This document shows positions 47,844-57,549 of a stretch of 64,000 nt of DNA, piece after piece. The first letter of the stretch is position 1, and every line of letters begins with the position of its first letter. Origin of the DNA: a bacterium (GTDB lineage Bacteria > Patescibacteriota > Patescibacteriia > JAHIZJ01); assembly GCA_030699685.1 (NCBI GenBank), contig JAUYLJ010000027.1, forward strand, positions 12,601 to 76,600, in the 5' to 3' direction. Made by a program: the position numbers and the translations under genes. The notes below the pieces were generated by a model. That model was not told the DNA's origin. It saw only the letters and a program-made list of their open reading frames with translations, and did no database searches.

Positions 47844-48615
47844 GGATTTCTTTCAAAAAGCTTTTGTGCATGAGGCCATTGGAACCCAGGAAGTCTCGCG
47901 ACCGCGTATTCCAATCACGGCCGGCAAAGTCCGTCACCCTCCCGCCGGCTTCCCAGATCAAAAGCGCGCCACCGGCCACGTCCCAGATGGGAGGTTGCGG
48001 GAAGATAAATCCGTCCACCCGACCAGCCGCGACATAGGCGCATTCCAAGGAGGCGGATCCCAGTTGGCGGGTAATCTTTCCCCGAAGCTTCATCTGGGAG
48101 TGAATCTTGCTGTATTCCTTGATGGAAGAGCTGGAGTGACCATGGCAGGTCAAAATAAACGATTGTGCTAATTGTTTCGTGGGACGGACTCTAAGTCGCC
48201 GGCCGTTCAGCCAGGCACCCTGACCGCTCTGCGCGACAAACAGCTCCTTAGTCACCGGCGCGTACACAACGGTCAGGACCGGGTAGAGCTCATACATCAG
48301 CGTAATGGAAGTGGAAAAAAGAGGACTCTTGATTTCAAAGTTTGAAGTACCGTCCAAAGGATCCACTACCCAGACATATCCCGCGCGGCTGCCTTCCCGG
48401 CCCGATTCTTCACTGTAGATGCCATGGTCGGGAAACTGCTTCCGGATCGCCGACAAAATAATCTTTTCCGCGCCGATGTCGTATTTGGTGACGATTTCAT
48501 GGCGGTGTTTGTTCGTATAGGCCATCTCACGCTTGTGAAAACCTTCGAGGAGATAGCGGCCTGATTTCCGGGCTAATTGACTGGCAAAATGAATAATTGT
48601 TGAATAGCTGCTCAT
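47830..48615 (-). CDS. inositol monophosphatase family protein
   Basis: WVVDPLDGTSNF signature. Confidence 0.75.
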   Translation of the reverse strand: MSSYSTIIHFASQLARKSGRYLLEGFHKREMAYTNKHRHEIVTKYDIGAEKIILSAIRKQFPDHGIYSEESGREGSRAGYVWVVDPLDGTSNFEIKSPLFSTSITLMYELYPVLTVVYAPVTKELFVAQSGQGAWLNGRRLRVRPTKQLAQSFILTCHGHSSSSIKEYSKIHSQMKLRGKITRQLGSASLECAYVAAGRVDGFIFPQPPIWDVAGGALLIWEAGGRVTDFAGRDWNTRSRDFLGSNGLMHKSFLKEIRATR

Positions 48616-48617
48616 GA

Positions 48618-49310
48618 TTATTGCAACCTATAAGTTCCGTGTATTGTAGTTTTAGATGGATGACACACTGCGTTGGTCGAGATCAGGCATATTTCTTTCA
48701 CAGTTGTTTTTCCAATATCCATTTTTTTCAGCTTTTGAACCTTTTGAAAAAAATCTTTGTTGGGCTTAGCGGGAAAACGACTAATGGTTACGTTTCCAAA
48801 CATTACCTCAGTGTTATGGTATTTTTTGTTGTCAGTAATATTATGTTTGTTCATTTCCTCACGAATATCGAGAATGAGGTCACTCAGAATCTCTTCTGAA
48901 TAAGCGGGGATGGACAAACTTGTCGGTAATTCAAACAATCCCTGAAAATAAAATTCAAATGGATTGTGTCGTAAAGCCACTTTTTGCAAAACTTCTTTCA
49001 TTATTTTTATGTCCCGCTGGGAAAATGCAGGGGGATTGTGTATGGTTCGGACATTTTGAATGGTGACATGGAGAGACTTCGACAGGTAATAATACAGCGA
49101 TGGGTCACACTCCCGTAACGGCTGGATCAGCTTCTGTTTAATGGTGCCGTGCAGAGCAGGAGAAATAAATGAGACCACGGTCAAACAGATTCGATTGTCA
49201 GTGGCATAATCATCAACCATATCCACGATTTCAGAATGGCCTCGATTTTCCTTAAAACTTAACTCAATTTCTTCAATAAGCTGTTTTTGTCGTTTCTGAT
49301 AACGTACCAT
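48618..49310 (-). CDS. hypothetical protein
   Basis: 230-aa ORF, no confident motif. Confidence 0.4.
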   Translation of the reverse strand: MVRYQKRQKQLIEEIELSFKENRGHSEIVDMVDDYATDNRICLTVVSFISPALHGTIKQKLIQPLRECDPSLYYYLSKSLHVTIQNVRTIHNPPAFSQRDIKIMKEVLQKVALRHNPFEFYFQGLFELPTSLSIPAYSEEILSDLILDIREEMNKHNITDNKKYHNTEVMFGNVTISRFPAKPNKDFFQKVQKLKKMDIGKTTVKEICLISTNAVCHPSKTTIHGTYRLQ

Positions 49311-49312
49311 GT

Positions 49313-49966
49313 CTATAATTCAATCTCCTCTTGATCGGCCATAATCTTGTAAGGAACATTTACGTTTTGAAGCGCCCGTCTCATCACGCTCGTGTCTCTC
49401 AAAAATCTTTCGTTATGATAATGAATCGGGATAACCAGTTTGGGCTGGAGCCGAAGCGCATAGGCCGCCGCTTGGTTGGGAGAAAAAGTGACCGTGTCGC
49501 ACATCGGTAACAACAATACCTCAGCCTGAACCTGGGGATCGATATAAACTGTGTCGCCCGGATGGAGAATGGTATTATCAATCAAGAAACCAATCACTTC
49601 GGGCGGTAAATCACCGTTTGGCAAAGGTCCGTGCAATGACTGCACCCCGCGAATGGAACATCCGGCCACTGATCGTTCCTCGCCTGGCAAAAGCACGTCT
49701 GCGTCAATCCCAAGCTTCTCCTTCAACATTTTTTGAACGGGGGCGTTGGTTAACACAATCGGCGTATTACGTTCAACAATCGTACGGACGGCCTCAGGAT
49801 CAGCGTGATCTTCATGCTCATGCGTCAGTAATAGCACGTCGATTCCTTCCCAAGTGTCTGGAGTCAGGTTTGTATGTTCATACACAAAATATCCAGGATC
49901 AATCAAGATCCGTTTTTCTTTCGTCTCAATCAAGACGCAGGCTTGTGGATATTTGATGAGTTTCAC
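49313..49966 (-). CDS. metallo-beta-lactamase-fold hydrolase
   Basis: LLTHEHEDHAD motif. Confidence 0.7.
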   Translation of the reverse strand: MKLIKYPQACVLIETKEKRILIDPGYFVYEHTNLTPDTWEGIDVLLLTHEHEDHADPEAVRTIVERNTPIVLTNAPVQKMLKEKLGIDADVLLPGEERSVAGCSIRGVQSLHGPLPNGDLPPEVIGFLIDNTILHPGDTVYIDPQVQAEVLLLPMCDTVTFSPNQAAAYALRLQPKLVIPIHYHNERFLRDTSVMRRALQNVNVPYKIMADQEEIEL

Positions 49967-51294
49967 TAGCGAGGCGATAAAAGCTCTACACGATTATCAT
50001 CAATCTTGTCGACCGTGGCGGAGCGCATGTGTTTCATTTGTCTCAACACTGCTCCAACTAGGTACAGCGAACCGGTCACCAGTATCATATCATTTTTTCC
50101 CGCTGCTGTCTTGGCTTTTTTTAGCGCCGCAGCAATGGATGAAGTGACGTAGGCAGCCGTATGTATGCGCCGCAATATCTTTGGATCAACCATGCCGTGC
50201 AAGTGCGTTTCGGGAAAAATAATCAAACGGCAACGGGTAGCCAACCGCCGGATAATTGGCCGGTACTCTTTCCGCTCTTTCGCGGCGTAGATAATAATCA
50301 GTCGTTTGTTGTTGACGCGTAAATCGTCAAGCGTGCGGATAAGCCTGGCAATAGCCGGCAGATTGTGCGCCCCATCAAGGACAGTCAATGGCGAGCGGGG
50401 AACGATGGTGAAGCGGCCGGGAAATTGAACCGCTCTAAAACTGCGCAGGATAGCCTCCGCCGGAATCTGCGCTATCTCCCTTAGCATTCCAAAGGCCAGG
50501 GCAGCGTTGCGGGGCTGCTGTCTGCCAACCAGCGGAATAAAAGCCTGATACCGCCGCGATTCGTCGTCAATGCGAAAACTTGTTCCTTCTAAGGAAACGT
50601 TCAGGTGTTGTGTTCTGGGAAAAGGTATCAGCCGCGCACCAACTTGCAGGCAACGCGATCGAATCATTTTCTGGGCCATGCCTGAGTTGCTGCTTATTAC
50701 CACTGAACGGGCTTGTATTATCCCGGCTTTCTCTCCAGCGATTTTTTTGATTGTCGACCCGAGTATATGCGCGTGATCTCGGCCAATATCAGTAATCACC
50801 TTATAACGCAAACCAAGGGCGGTGGTCGCGTCCAAACGACCCCCTAACCCCACTTCAAATACCGCCCAGTCAACCTTTTCCTCGGCAAAATACAGCGCCG
50901 CCACTGCCGTCAGCACTTCAAACCAGGTCGGCCGGTCATGAATTCGCCTTTCTGCCTCTCCCACCTTCTGCGAAACCCTGGTCACCAGTTCTGCCAGGCG
51001 AGTCTGGCTGACTTCCCGTCCATTGATACGAAAACGCTCCGTGTACGAAACAAGATGAGGGGATAGAAACGCGCCCACGCGATATCCGGCGCCACGCAAA
51101 CCCGCCTCCAGCAACATGACTGTCGAGCCCTTGCCGTTGGTTCCCGCCACTTGGAAGCCTTTCAAGCGCCGTTCGGGCGATCCGAGTAAACGCAGCAATA
51201 GCTCAACCCGCTTTAAACTTAAATACTCGGCAACAGCCTGCCGGGGAAAAGCCTGCAACCATTCCACATAGTGGTCAAGTTCCCTATAGCGCAT
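49966..51294 (-). CDS. folC: folylpolyglutamate synthase/dihydrofolate synthase (Mur-ligase family)
   Basis: GTNGKGST P-loop, Mur ligase central and C-terminal domains, 442 aa. Confidence 0.75.
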   Translation of the reverse strand: MRYRELDHYVEWLQAFPRQAVAEYLSLKRVELLLRLLGSPERRLKGFQVAGTNGKGSTVMLLEAGLRGAGYRVGAFLSPHLVSYTERFRINGREVSQTRLAELVTRVSQKVGEAERRIHDRPTWFEVLTAVAALYFAEEKVDWAVFEVGLGGRLDATTALGLRYKVITDIGRDHAHILGSTIKKIAGEKAGIIQARSVVISSNSGMAQKMIRSRCLQVGARLIPFPRTQHLNVSLEGTSFRIDDESRRYQAFIPLVGRQQPRNAALAFGMLREIAQIPAEAILRSFRAVQFPGRFTIVPRSPLTVLDGAHNLPAIARLIRTLDDLRVNNKRLIIIYAAKERKEYRPIIRRLATRCRLIIFPETHLHGMVDPKILRRIHTAAYVTSSIAAALKKAKTAAGKNDMILVTGSLYLVGAVLRQMKHMRSATVDKIDDNRVELLSPR

Positions 51295-51314
51295 GGAGCG
51301 CGGGATTATGAATG

Positions 51315-52598
51315 TTACTTCTCGCTCCGGTCAGCCAAGAATTCAAAAACTTTGCGATTCAAAAGGATCTCCTCAAGACGGTCGCGATATTCCGGCGCAT
51401 CGACTTTGTTATACGTTTCCAGATCGTCTTTATACTGTTCTTTCTGTTTTTCCAGTTCGGAATCAATATCGTCCGAACTGACGATGAGATGTTCTTTGAG
51501 CCGGATCGCCCTAAGCACCAGCGCGCTCTTGATGCGCTTTGAGGCCTGATCGCGGAAATCTTTTTTCACTTCGTCTTCGCTCTTCTTCAACTGTTCCAGA
51601 TACTTCTCCCATTCCATGCCCTGTCGCTGGATGTTACCGCGCAGTTCATCAATCATGCGATTGAGCTCTGAATCGACCAGTACGTCGGGGATTTCTCCAA
51701 ACCTTGACGATTCAACAATTTCGTTCAACATTTCAAGTTCGAAGCGCTGATTTTCTCTTTCGCGCGCTTCCAGCTCAAGATTGTCTGCAATCCGTTTCTC
51801 CAAATCCTGCCTGGTTTTGAACGAACCCAGAGACTGGAGAAAGTCTCCGTCGACGGGAGGTAATTCAATCTGAAACACTGAGTTGCATTTTACCGCGCAG
51901 TCAACTTTTTTGCCGGCTAGATTCTTGCGAAAATAATTCTTGGGATACGTTAGCGGAAACTTTTTTTCTTCGCCCGTTTTCAGGCCAACAAGCTGGTCTT
52001 CGAGTCCTGGGACAAAATTGCCTTCACCGAGTACCATCGGGTGATTCTTCGTAATTCCGTCATCAACGGGAACATTGTCGAGAGAGATTTTCACGTCTAC
52101 CTCAACTTTATCGCCTTTTTGTGCCGGACGGTCCACTCGGGACTCCTTAGCCCGCATTTTCTGCAGCTGCAAAATAGTGTTGGAGATTTCTGATTCGTCG
52201 ATCTTGATTTCCTTGCGCTTGGCTTTGAGTGTGGAATAGTCTCCCAAAGTAATTTCAGGAAGTAAGGAGACCGTCGCGGTATAGATAAAAGGATTGCCCG
52301 GCGCCACTTTTGCCAAGTCAATTTGCGGTCGGCCGATCGCTTCCAGTTTCTGTTCCAATACCGCCTTGGGATAGGTTTCGCTTACGATATCCTCAGCCGC
52401 CTCCTGATAGAGCGCGGGTTCGCCAATACGTTGAACTACCACCGCGTAGGGAGCTTTCCCTTGGCGAAACCCCGGGATATTCATCCCTTCCGACAGGCGC
52501 GCGGCGGTTTTTTGCAAATATGGCTGCAATTCTTCAACCGGTATTTCTATCGTCAGCTTGACCATGGAGTTTGATTGCTTCTCTACGTTGACATTCAT
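51315..52598 (-). CDS. tig: trigger factor
   Basis: N-terminal MNVNVEKQSNSMVKLTIEIP ribosome-binding domain pattern; 427 aa. Confidence 0.8.
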   Translation of the reverse strand: MNVNVEKQSNSMVKLTIEIPVEELQPYLQKTAARLSEGMNIPGFRQGKAPYAVVVQRIGEPALYQEAAEDIVSETYPKAVLEQKLEAIGRPQIDLAKVAPGNPFIYTATVSLLPEITLGDYSTLKAKRKEIKIDESEISNTILQLQKMRAKESRVDRPAQKGDKVEVDVKISLDNVPVDDGITKNHPMVLGEGNFVPGLEDQLVGLKTGEEKKFPLTYPKNYFRKNLAGKKVDCAVKCNSVFQIELPPVDGDFLQSLGSFKTRQDLEKRIADNLELEARERENQRFELEMLNEIVESSRFGEIPDVLVDSELNRMIDELRGNIQRQGMEWEKYLEQLKKSEDEVKKDFRDQASKRIKSALVLRAIRLKEHLIVSSDDIDSELEKQKEQYKDDLETYNKVDAPEYRDRLEEILLNRKVFEFLADRSEK

Positions 52599-52709
52599 GA
52601 TTTTTCCAATACAAAATTTGACTTCTTAACAAGATCACGCTAAGCTTATCCCATCATTCACAATCTGGCAAGTTATACAGAGCGAATCATGCCACGGCAT
52701 GATTTGACC

Positions 52710-52872
52710 GGATTCTCAATGAGTCCGGAGGCACGAGGGATCTGGCCCTATGACTGCCCGGCAACCTGTTCTGACCTCAAGTCGGGATAAGGTGCTTCAT
52801 CCAGCCCGAATGATTCGGGGAAGATGACGATGCTTGACGCAAACGGCTTTCCTCGATGAGGAAGGTTTTTTG
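52710..52872 (+). ncRNA. SAM-I (S-box) riboswitch with terminator expression platform
   Basis: GAGGGATCTGGCCCTATGACTGCCCGGCAACC...AAGGTGCTTCATCCAGC...GAAGATGA matches SAM-I core (GAGGGACUGGCCCGAUGAAACCCGGCAACC...GGUGCCAAUUCCUGCAG); then TTCCTC-GAT-GAGGAA hairpin plus TTTTTT just before the RBS. Confidence 0.6.
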
Positions 52873-52890
52873 GTTCATTGGGAGGAAACT

Positions 52891-53085
52891 ATGAATGCCG
52901 TAGACTACGACTTTGATTGCGCAGTCAAACCCTGTGAGCAGAAGCTGCGCCACGATGATCCCAAGTGGCAGCCGAATGTCTGCGTCGGCCGAGGACACTG
53001 CCCGTGGTTCTCCTGCTGCAATTTGCAGCACAAGAACCCGCCATTACAACCCACGAGGCCGAAACGCGGCCGCATGTGTGTCTGA
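52891..53085 (+). CDS. 64-aa Cys-rich small protein (8 Cys), hypothetical
   Basis: RBS GGGAGGAAACT before ATG; followed by terminator. Confidence 0.45.
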   Translation: MNAVDYDFDCAVKPCEQKLRHDDPKWQPNVCVGRGHCPWFSCCNLQHKNPPLQPTRPKRGRMCV

Positions 53086-53100
53086 AGAAGGCCTATGAGC

Positions 53101-53130
53101 TAAGGAAGCGGTAACGCTTCCTTTTTGTTT
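53101..53130 (+). terminator. intrinsic terminator GGAAGCG-GTAA-CGCTTCC plus TTTTTGTTTT
   Basis: seen directly. Confidence 0.6.
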
Positions 53131-54119
53131 TACTGTTTGCTTTGAACCAGGCTTCGAACATCCGCGGTCTCATGATCATACTCATCCTCTATTTCCTGAC
53201 GCAGGATTTCTTCGATGATGTCTTCCAGAGTGACGATGCCAAGCAGTACGTTTTTTTCATTATAGACAAAAGCCTGATGCATCCGTTCCTTAACCAGCCG
53301 ATTGAGCAGTTGATCGAGTTTTTGTGCCGGGTCAATTTTGAAAATTTTCTTTTGCTGAAACACCTCGGCTAATTTTGTCCCAGGAGCAAGGCCGATAAGC
53401 TGTTTCGTATAGAGTATACCGACGATGACATCGAGGGTAAGGGCATAGACTGGTATTCTGGTAAAACCGTTTTGTTGTATCATCGTAAAAATTTTTGTAT
53501 CCAAAACTGTCTTAAGCTCAAGAGCAAAAACCTTTTCTCTTGGCGTCATCACCTGTCCAGCCTGAGCTTCGGAAAAATTCAGCGCCCCTTTGATAATTCG
53601 TTCCTCATCTTCGTCCAACGGGCTCCCAGGATGATCTTCGTGAAAGGCAACAATCTGCTCCAGTTCCTGCTTTGACCACACTATCGGAAGTTCCTCCCCA
53701 AGCGTTATGTCTAGCAGCTTGGCCATGGGCCATACTATCGGGAAAAATATAAATTGAAAAACTTTTACCACCCACACAGTCTTCGCACCGACCGTCAAAG
53801 CGTATCGTGAAATTGCCGCCATTGGTATGACCTCGCCGAAGACGACGATCAGACCGGTGGAAATCAAACTAGCCACCACCCCTGTCGCGATGGAACCAAG
53901 AAAGACTGCCAGCACGGAATTCACGGCTACGTTTCCTAGCAACAAGGTCGTCAGCAAGAGGCTGCCGTTTCTTCTCACTTGGTAGATTTTTATCGCTCGT
54001 TGGTCTCCCAAAGCGATTTTGCGTTCGAGCTCCGTCTTGCTCAAACTCAGCAGACCAAGAGTAAGACCCGAAAACAGCCCGGAGAGCAACACCAGCCCGA
54101 GAACAATAGCGATAGTCAT
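53130..54119 (-). CDS. CorC/HlyC-family transporter (DUF21-CBS-CorC domains)
   Basis: N-terminal 4-TM DUF21 region, tandem CBS, C-terminal transporter-associated domain. Confidence 0.7.
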   Translation of the reverse strand: MTIAIVLGLVLLSGLFSGLTLGLLSLSKTELERKIALGDQRAIKIYQVRRNGSLLLTTLLLGNVAVNSVLAVFLGSIATGVVASLISTGLIVVFGEVIPMAAISRYALTVGAKTVWVVKVFQFIFFPIVWPMAKLLDITLGEELPIVWSKQELEQIVAFHEDHPGSPLDEDEERIIKGALNFSEAQAGQVMTPREKVFALELKTVLDTKIFTMIQQNGFTRIPVYALTLDVIVGILYTKQLIGLAPGTKLAEVFQQKKIFKIDPAQKLDQLLNRLVKERMHQAFVYNEKNVLLGIVTLEDIIEEILRQEIEDEYDHETADVRSLVQSKQ

Positions 54120-54121
54120 GG

Positions 54122-54739
54122 TTATTCGGGAGGATACAATGAAGGCAAAGCGCCCTTAGTCAATCTGGCATACTGGCCATCGCTGGCGCGCGCAATAAAC
54201 AATTCGCCTCGATCTTCCACTAATAAATAGCGGCTGTCAGGCAACCAATATATCCTCTCTGGCCGATAAAACCACAAATACGGCCACACCAGTCCGTCTA
54301 TCAACGTGGAGTTTGTCTCCTCCTCAGTAATATGGAACTCGCGCTGTCCCATCCAGTCCCGAGAAACCGTGACGTTCATTTCTCCGTCCGGCGATAGGCC
54401 GCTTCCGACATACTCATCCATGGATCGCAATACCCCGGACATGTTCTGGCTTTGCTGATGAGCCCACTCACTCGTCGGCATGGACTGAATTTCTTCCAAA
54501 CCCGTACCGTCCGTATAGATGCCGGAAATAATCACCTCATTTCCGTTTTCTGATGAAACAAAAAACACTTTGAACGGACTGTTTTTCCAATCAAAAGCGT
54601 CAATACTGGCGGTCGTCAGATCATACTGACTGGCCCAAAACAACCCAACGCCTAACAAGACGACAGCCAGCGCCAGAATAAAAACGAAAATAAAAAGCAC
54701 CGGATGCTGGCGACGGCGGTAATGAAACGCTTCAATCAT
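54122..54739 (-). CDS. hypothetical membrane-anchored protein
   Basis: N-terminal TM; 205 aa. Confidence 0.4.
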   Translation of the reverse strand: MIEAFHYRRRQHPVLFIFVFILALAVVLLGVGLFWASQYDLTTASIDAFDWKNSPFKVFFVSSENGNEVIISGIYTDGTGLEEIQSMPTSEWAHQQSQNMSGVLRSMDEYVGSGLSPDGEMNVTVSRDWMGQREFHITEEETNSTLIDGLVWPYLWFYRPERIYWLPDSRYLLVEDRGELFIARASDGQYARLTKGALPSLYPPE

Positions 54740-54790
54740 ACCAGGCAGTATACTGTGAAATGCACAACTCGTAAATGTCCTAGCGTATTT

Positions 54791-56248
54791 CTAGTCAATC
54801 GGGCGCTCGTCCACGATTCGTTTGTCTTTCAACTCGGTCTCCATGCCGACCTTCTTCAGCAGGGCTTCAAGTTCGCCCTGTACTATTTTCACGCCGACAC
54901 CCACGTCTCCATAAACAGCGCGCTCCAAACGATCTTTGAGCGCCGCAAATTCCACCCCCGGTTTCGGGGCGATTTCCAGCACCAGTTCATCCAGACCGTG
55001 GGGATCATTATCTTTTTTTCGGATTGTCACCTGCCATTCATCCACTTCTTTCACCCCTGACAGCAGGGGATAAAAGTTGTTCATGTTTACCAGCTCGCCT
55101 TTCACCTTGGTCAAATGAAATTCCTTGATCTCCGATTTGCGCTGGATGTCGGGCCGGATCTGCGGCACGGTATTGCCACAACGCGGACACGGTTCAAATT
55201 CTATCCCTTTGCAGGTATCACCGGTTCGGTAGCGCACTACCACGGAGCCTCGCCAACCTAAAGAGGTGAACACGAGCTCTCCTGATTCACCTTCTTTGAC
55301 TCGATTTCCATCTTTATCAATTACTTCGAAGTACTCCAAATCCGGGTACAAGTGGTAGCCAGAATCCTCCGCGCACTGGATCCAGGCGGTTTTACCTTCA
55401 GTCATCGCATAGGTGGCATAAATCTTTGGATCGGTCGCGCCCATCTTCACCAGCAGTTCGCGTACCTTGTCCCGCAATCCCTGGCTGACACGCTCGCCGC
55501 CAAAGACAACGTGCTTCACCTGTGAGAAATCCCGATTTTGCTCGGCCGCGGCGCGCAGCACATGATAGCAATATCCGGGGATGAAGGTTAGCAAACCGGC
55601 TTTCAGCCGCTCAATCGCGTCGATGATCTTCTGAGTGCCCATTACTTTACCGCCGCCGGTCTGCAAGGAAGTCATACCAAGTTTTACCAAAGCGTTATAC
55701 GCCAACCAGAAGGCGAGATGCGGCGAATAGGGGAAACCATTGACCGCCAGCAAGTCTCTGGACACCTTAATCACGTTAAACATCCGTTCACCACTCTCTT
55801 TCAAAAGTTCCACATCGCGTTCCGAGTACGCGAACGGGGTGGGCAGAGCTGTCCGGCCCGTGGTGAAGTGCATGTGCACCGGTTTGAATTCCCGTTCCAG
55901 TTGCCGTTTGACGTCCTGGTGGGTGAGCTTGCCCCAGAGTATCTTGGCCAGCTGCGATTTCGGCGCATGGCGCTTGATCAGTTCTTCATCGGGCTGAAGA
56001 ATGAATTTCCGCGGTCTGGCGCGATCTTCTTCCGTCGGCGCAATATCATTCTTGCTGGTAAACGGGATCCTTTGCAGGTCTTCGAGGGTTTGAATATCCG
56101 AAAACTCTATTTTTTCTTTATGAAACATCTCCCGGTAATATGGGCTGTACGGAAGCAAGTGACGGACAAATTTTCGCAGGTTCGAGTTTTGCAAAGCGCG
56201 CAGCTCATCGGCTGGCATCCGCGAAAGTTTATTCCATGGAGTTGGCAT
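54791..56248 (-). CDS. phenylacetate-CoA ligase / coenzyme F390 synthetase-family adenylate-forming enzyme
   Basis: N-terminus SRMPADELRALQNSNLRKFVRHLLPYSPYYREMF matches PaaK-family start; start chosen at ATG 56248. Confidence 0.55.
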   Translation of the reverse strand: MPTPWNKLSRMPADELRALQNSNLRKFVRHLLPYSPYYREMFHKEKIEFSDIQTLEDLQRIPFTSKNDIAPTEEDRARPRKFILQPDEELIKRHAPKSQLAKILWGKLTHQDVKRQLEREFKPVHMHFTTGRTALPTPFAYSERDVELLKESGERMFNVIKVSRDLLAVNGFPYSPHLAFWLAYNALVKLGMTSLQTGGGKVMGTQKIIDAIERLKAGLLTFIPGYCYHVLRAAAEQNRDFSQVKHVVFGGERVSQGLRDKVRELLVKMGATDPKIYATYAMTEGKTAWIQCAEDSGYHLYPDLEYFEVIDKDGNRVKEGESGELVFTSLGWRGSVVVRYRTGDTCKGIEFEPCPRCGNTVPQIRPDIQRKSEIKEFHLTKVKGELVNMNNFYPLLSGVKEVDEWQVTIRKKDNDPHGLDELVLEIAPKPGVEFAALKDRLERAVYGDVGVGVKIVQGELEALLKKVGMETELKDKRIVDERPID

Positions 56249-56879
56249 GCGTGTGAGTAGAGGAAATAAATGTTTTGCCGGAGAGTTGGCCAATTTCCCG
56301 CATAATCCCGTCCGTGACTTGGCGCAGAAGAGTGTCGTCAATTGCGCGCCCGTAGGCATCAGGAAATTGCATTGGGCGGCCGAAAGTAATTCGCACCTGG
56401 CCTTGATTCAAGAATAGCAGCTTCAAGGACTCATGGAAAGTGCCGCTTGACGGGCCGCGAACGCCAACTGGAATGACCGGGCATCGACTTTGAAGCGCGA
56501 TCCGAGCAGCGCCGGTTTTACCAGGCAGTAATTTCGAGGAAGTGTTCCGCCTGCCCTCCGGGAATATACAGACCGATTCACCCGCTTTTAATTTTTTCAC
56601 CGCTATATCAATCACTTGAGATTTCGCGTCGCGGTTTATGGCAATAGTCGTCCCTCCCACCAGCCAGTAATACGCCTTGCGTACGGAAATAAACCAGATT
56701 TTTCTCCTGGCCCGATCAGTCGCCGGCAGCAGCATATATATGCCATCCAGAAAATCAATGTGGTTGGCGGCAAAAACACAGGCTTGGTCGCGAGGCACGT
56801 GATGCAAGCCGTCGATTGTCGCCGTGTGATTTTTTACTGCCCGTCCCGCTAAAAAACGGACTATCGGATAGAGCTTCAT
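56229..56879 (-). CDS. lysophospholipid acyltransferase (PlsC family)
   Basis: ANHIDFLDG (HxxxxD) and FPEGRRN motifs. Confidence 0.7.
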   Translation of the reverse strand: MKLYPIVRFLAGRAVKNHTATIDGLHHVPRDQACVFAANHIDFLDGIYMLLPATDRARRKIWFISVRKAYYWLVGGTTIAINRDAKSQVIDIAVKKLKAGESVCIFPEGRRNTSSKLLPGKTGAARIALQSRCPVIPVGVRGPSSGTFHESLKLLFLNQGQVRITFGRPMQFPDAYGRAIDDTLLRQVTDGIMREIGQLSGKTFISSTHTHANSME

Positions 56880-57517
56880 TCCGCGTAAGGATAGCTCTTA
56901 TGGCAAAGCCTGCCTACGGCAATCATCACTTCCTTCGTCATCTGTTCAAGTTCGTTTTTCGTCACCCCTTCAAGCGACCGCTTCGGATAGTGAATAGGCT
57001 CACCAAAACGCACGCCCAACATAGTGTCAGTAAGAAAAAACGTACGCAAAGCCTGACCGGTAGTGATAGTTGGGGGTGAAATAATCCCCGTCGGCACTAT
57101 CGGCGCTCCAGTAAGACAGGCGAGGCGAACGGCCCCGGTCTTGGCGGGCCGCAGTTTTTGGCTGTCGAAATTTCTATGCCCCTCGGGAAATATGCCGACA
57201 CAGTTACCCTGGTTAATTTTTTCAGCCGAAATCTCCAGCACCTTCGCCTTGTTCCCATCGTGCGGAACAGGAATCATGCCGAGCCAGCGGATGCCGATAA
57301 GGGGGCCGAAGAACCTGGTAATTTTGGCGTGAGTCAACCAATACGATTTCTGACCGAAGCGTGTCGCCAGACTAGCACCGATCATTGGCGCGTCAAGATA
57401 GCTGTTATGATTGGCAACGATAATGAAAGGCGGTCGCGGCAACTGCTCAATACCCTCGACGCGGATACGCCGGAGCAAGAGCGGGAATAGAGTTCGACGA
57501 AGCACTGGATAAGCCAT
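56876..57517 (-). CDS. lysophospholipid acyltransferase (PlsC family), paralog
   Basis: ANHNSYLDAP and FPEGHRN motifs. Confidence 0.7.
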   Translation of the reverse strand: MAYPVLRRTLFPLLLRRIRVEGIEQLPRPPFIIVANHNSYLDAPMIGASLATRFGQKSYWLTHAKITRFFGPLIGIRWLGMIPVPHDGNKAKVLEISAEKINQGNCVGIFPEGHRNFDSQKLRPAKTGAVRLACLTGAPIVPTGIISPPTITTGQALRTFFLTDTMLGVRFGEPIHYPKRSLEGVTKNELEQMTKEVMIAVGRLCHKSYPYAE

Positions 57518-57549
57518 AGCTTCCGGTGGACGGTAGCGACCGTCTGATG

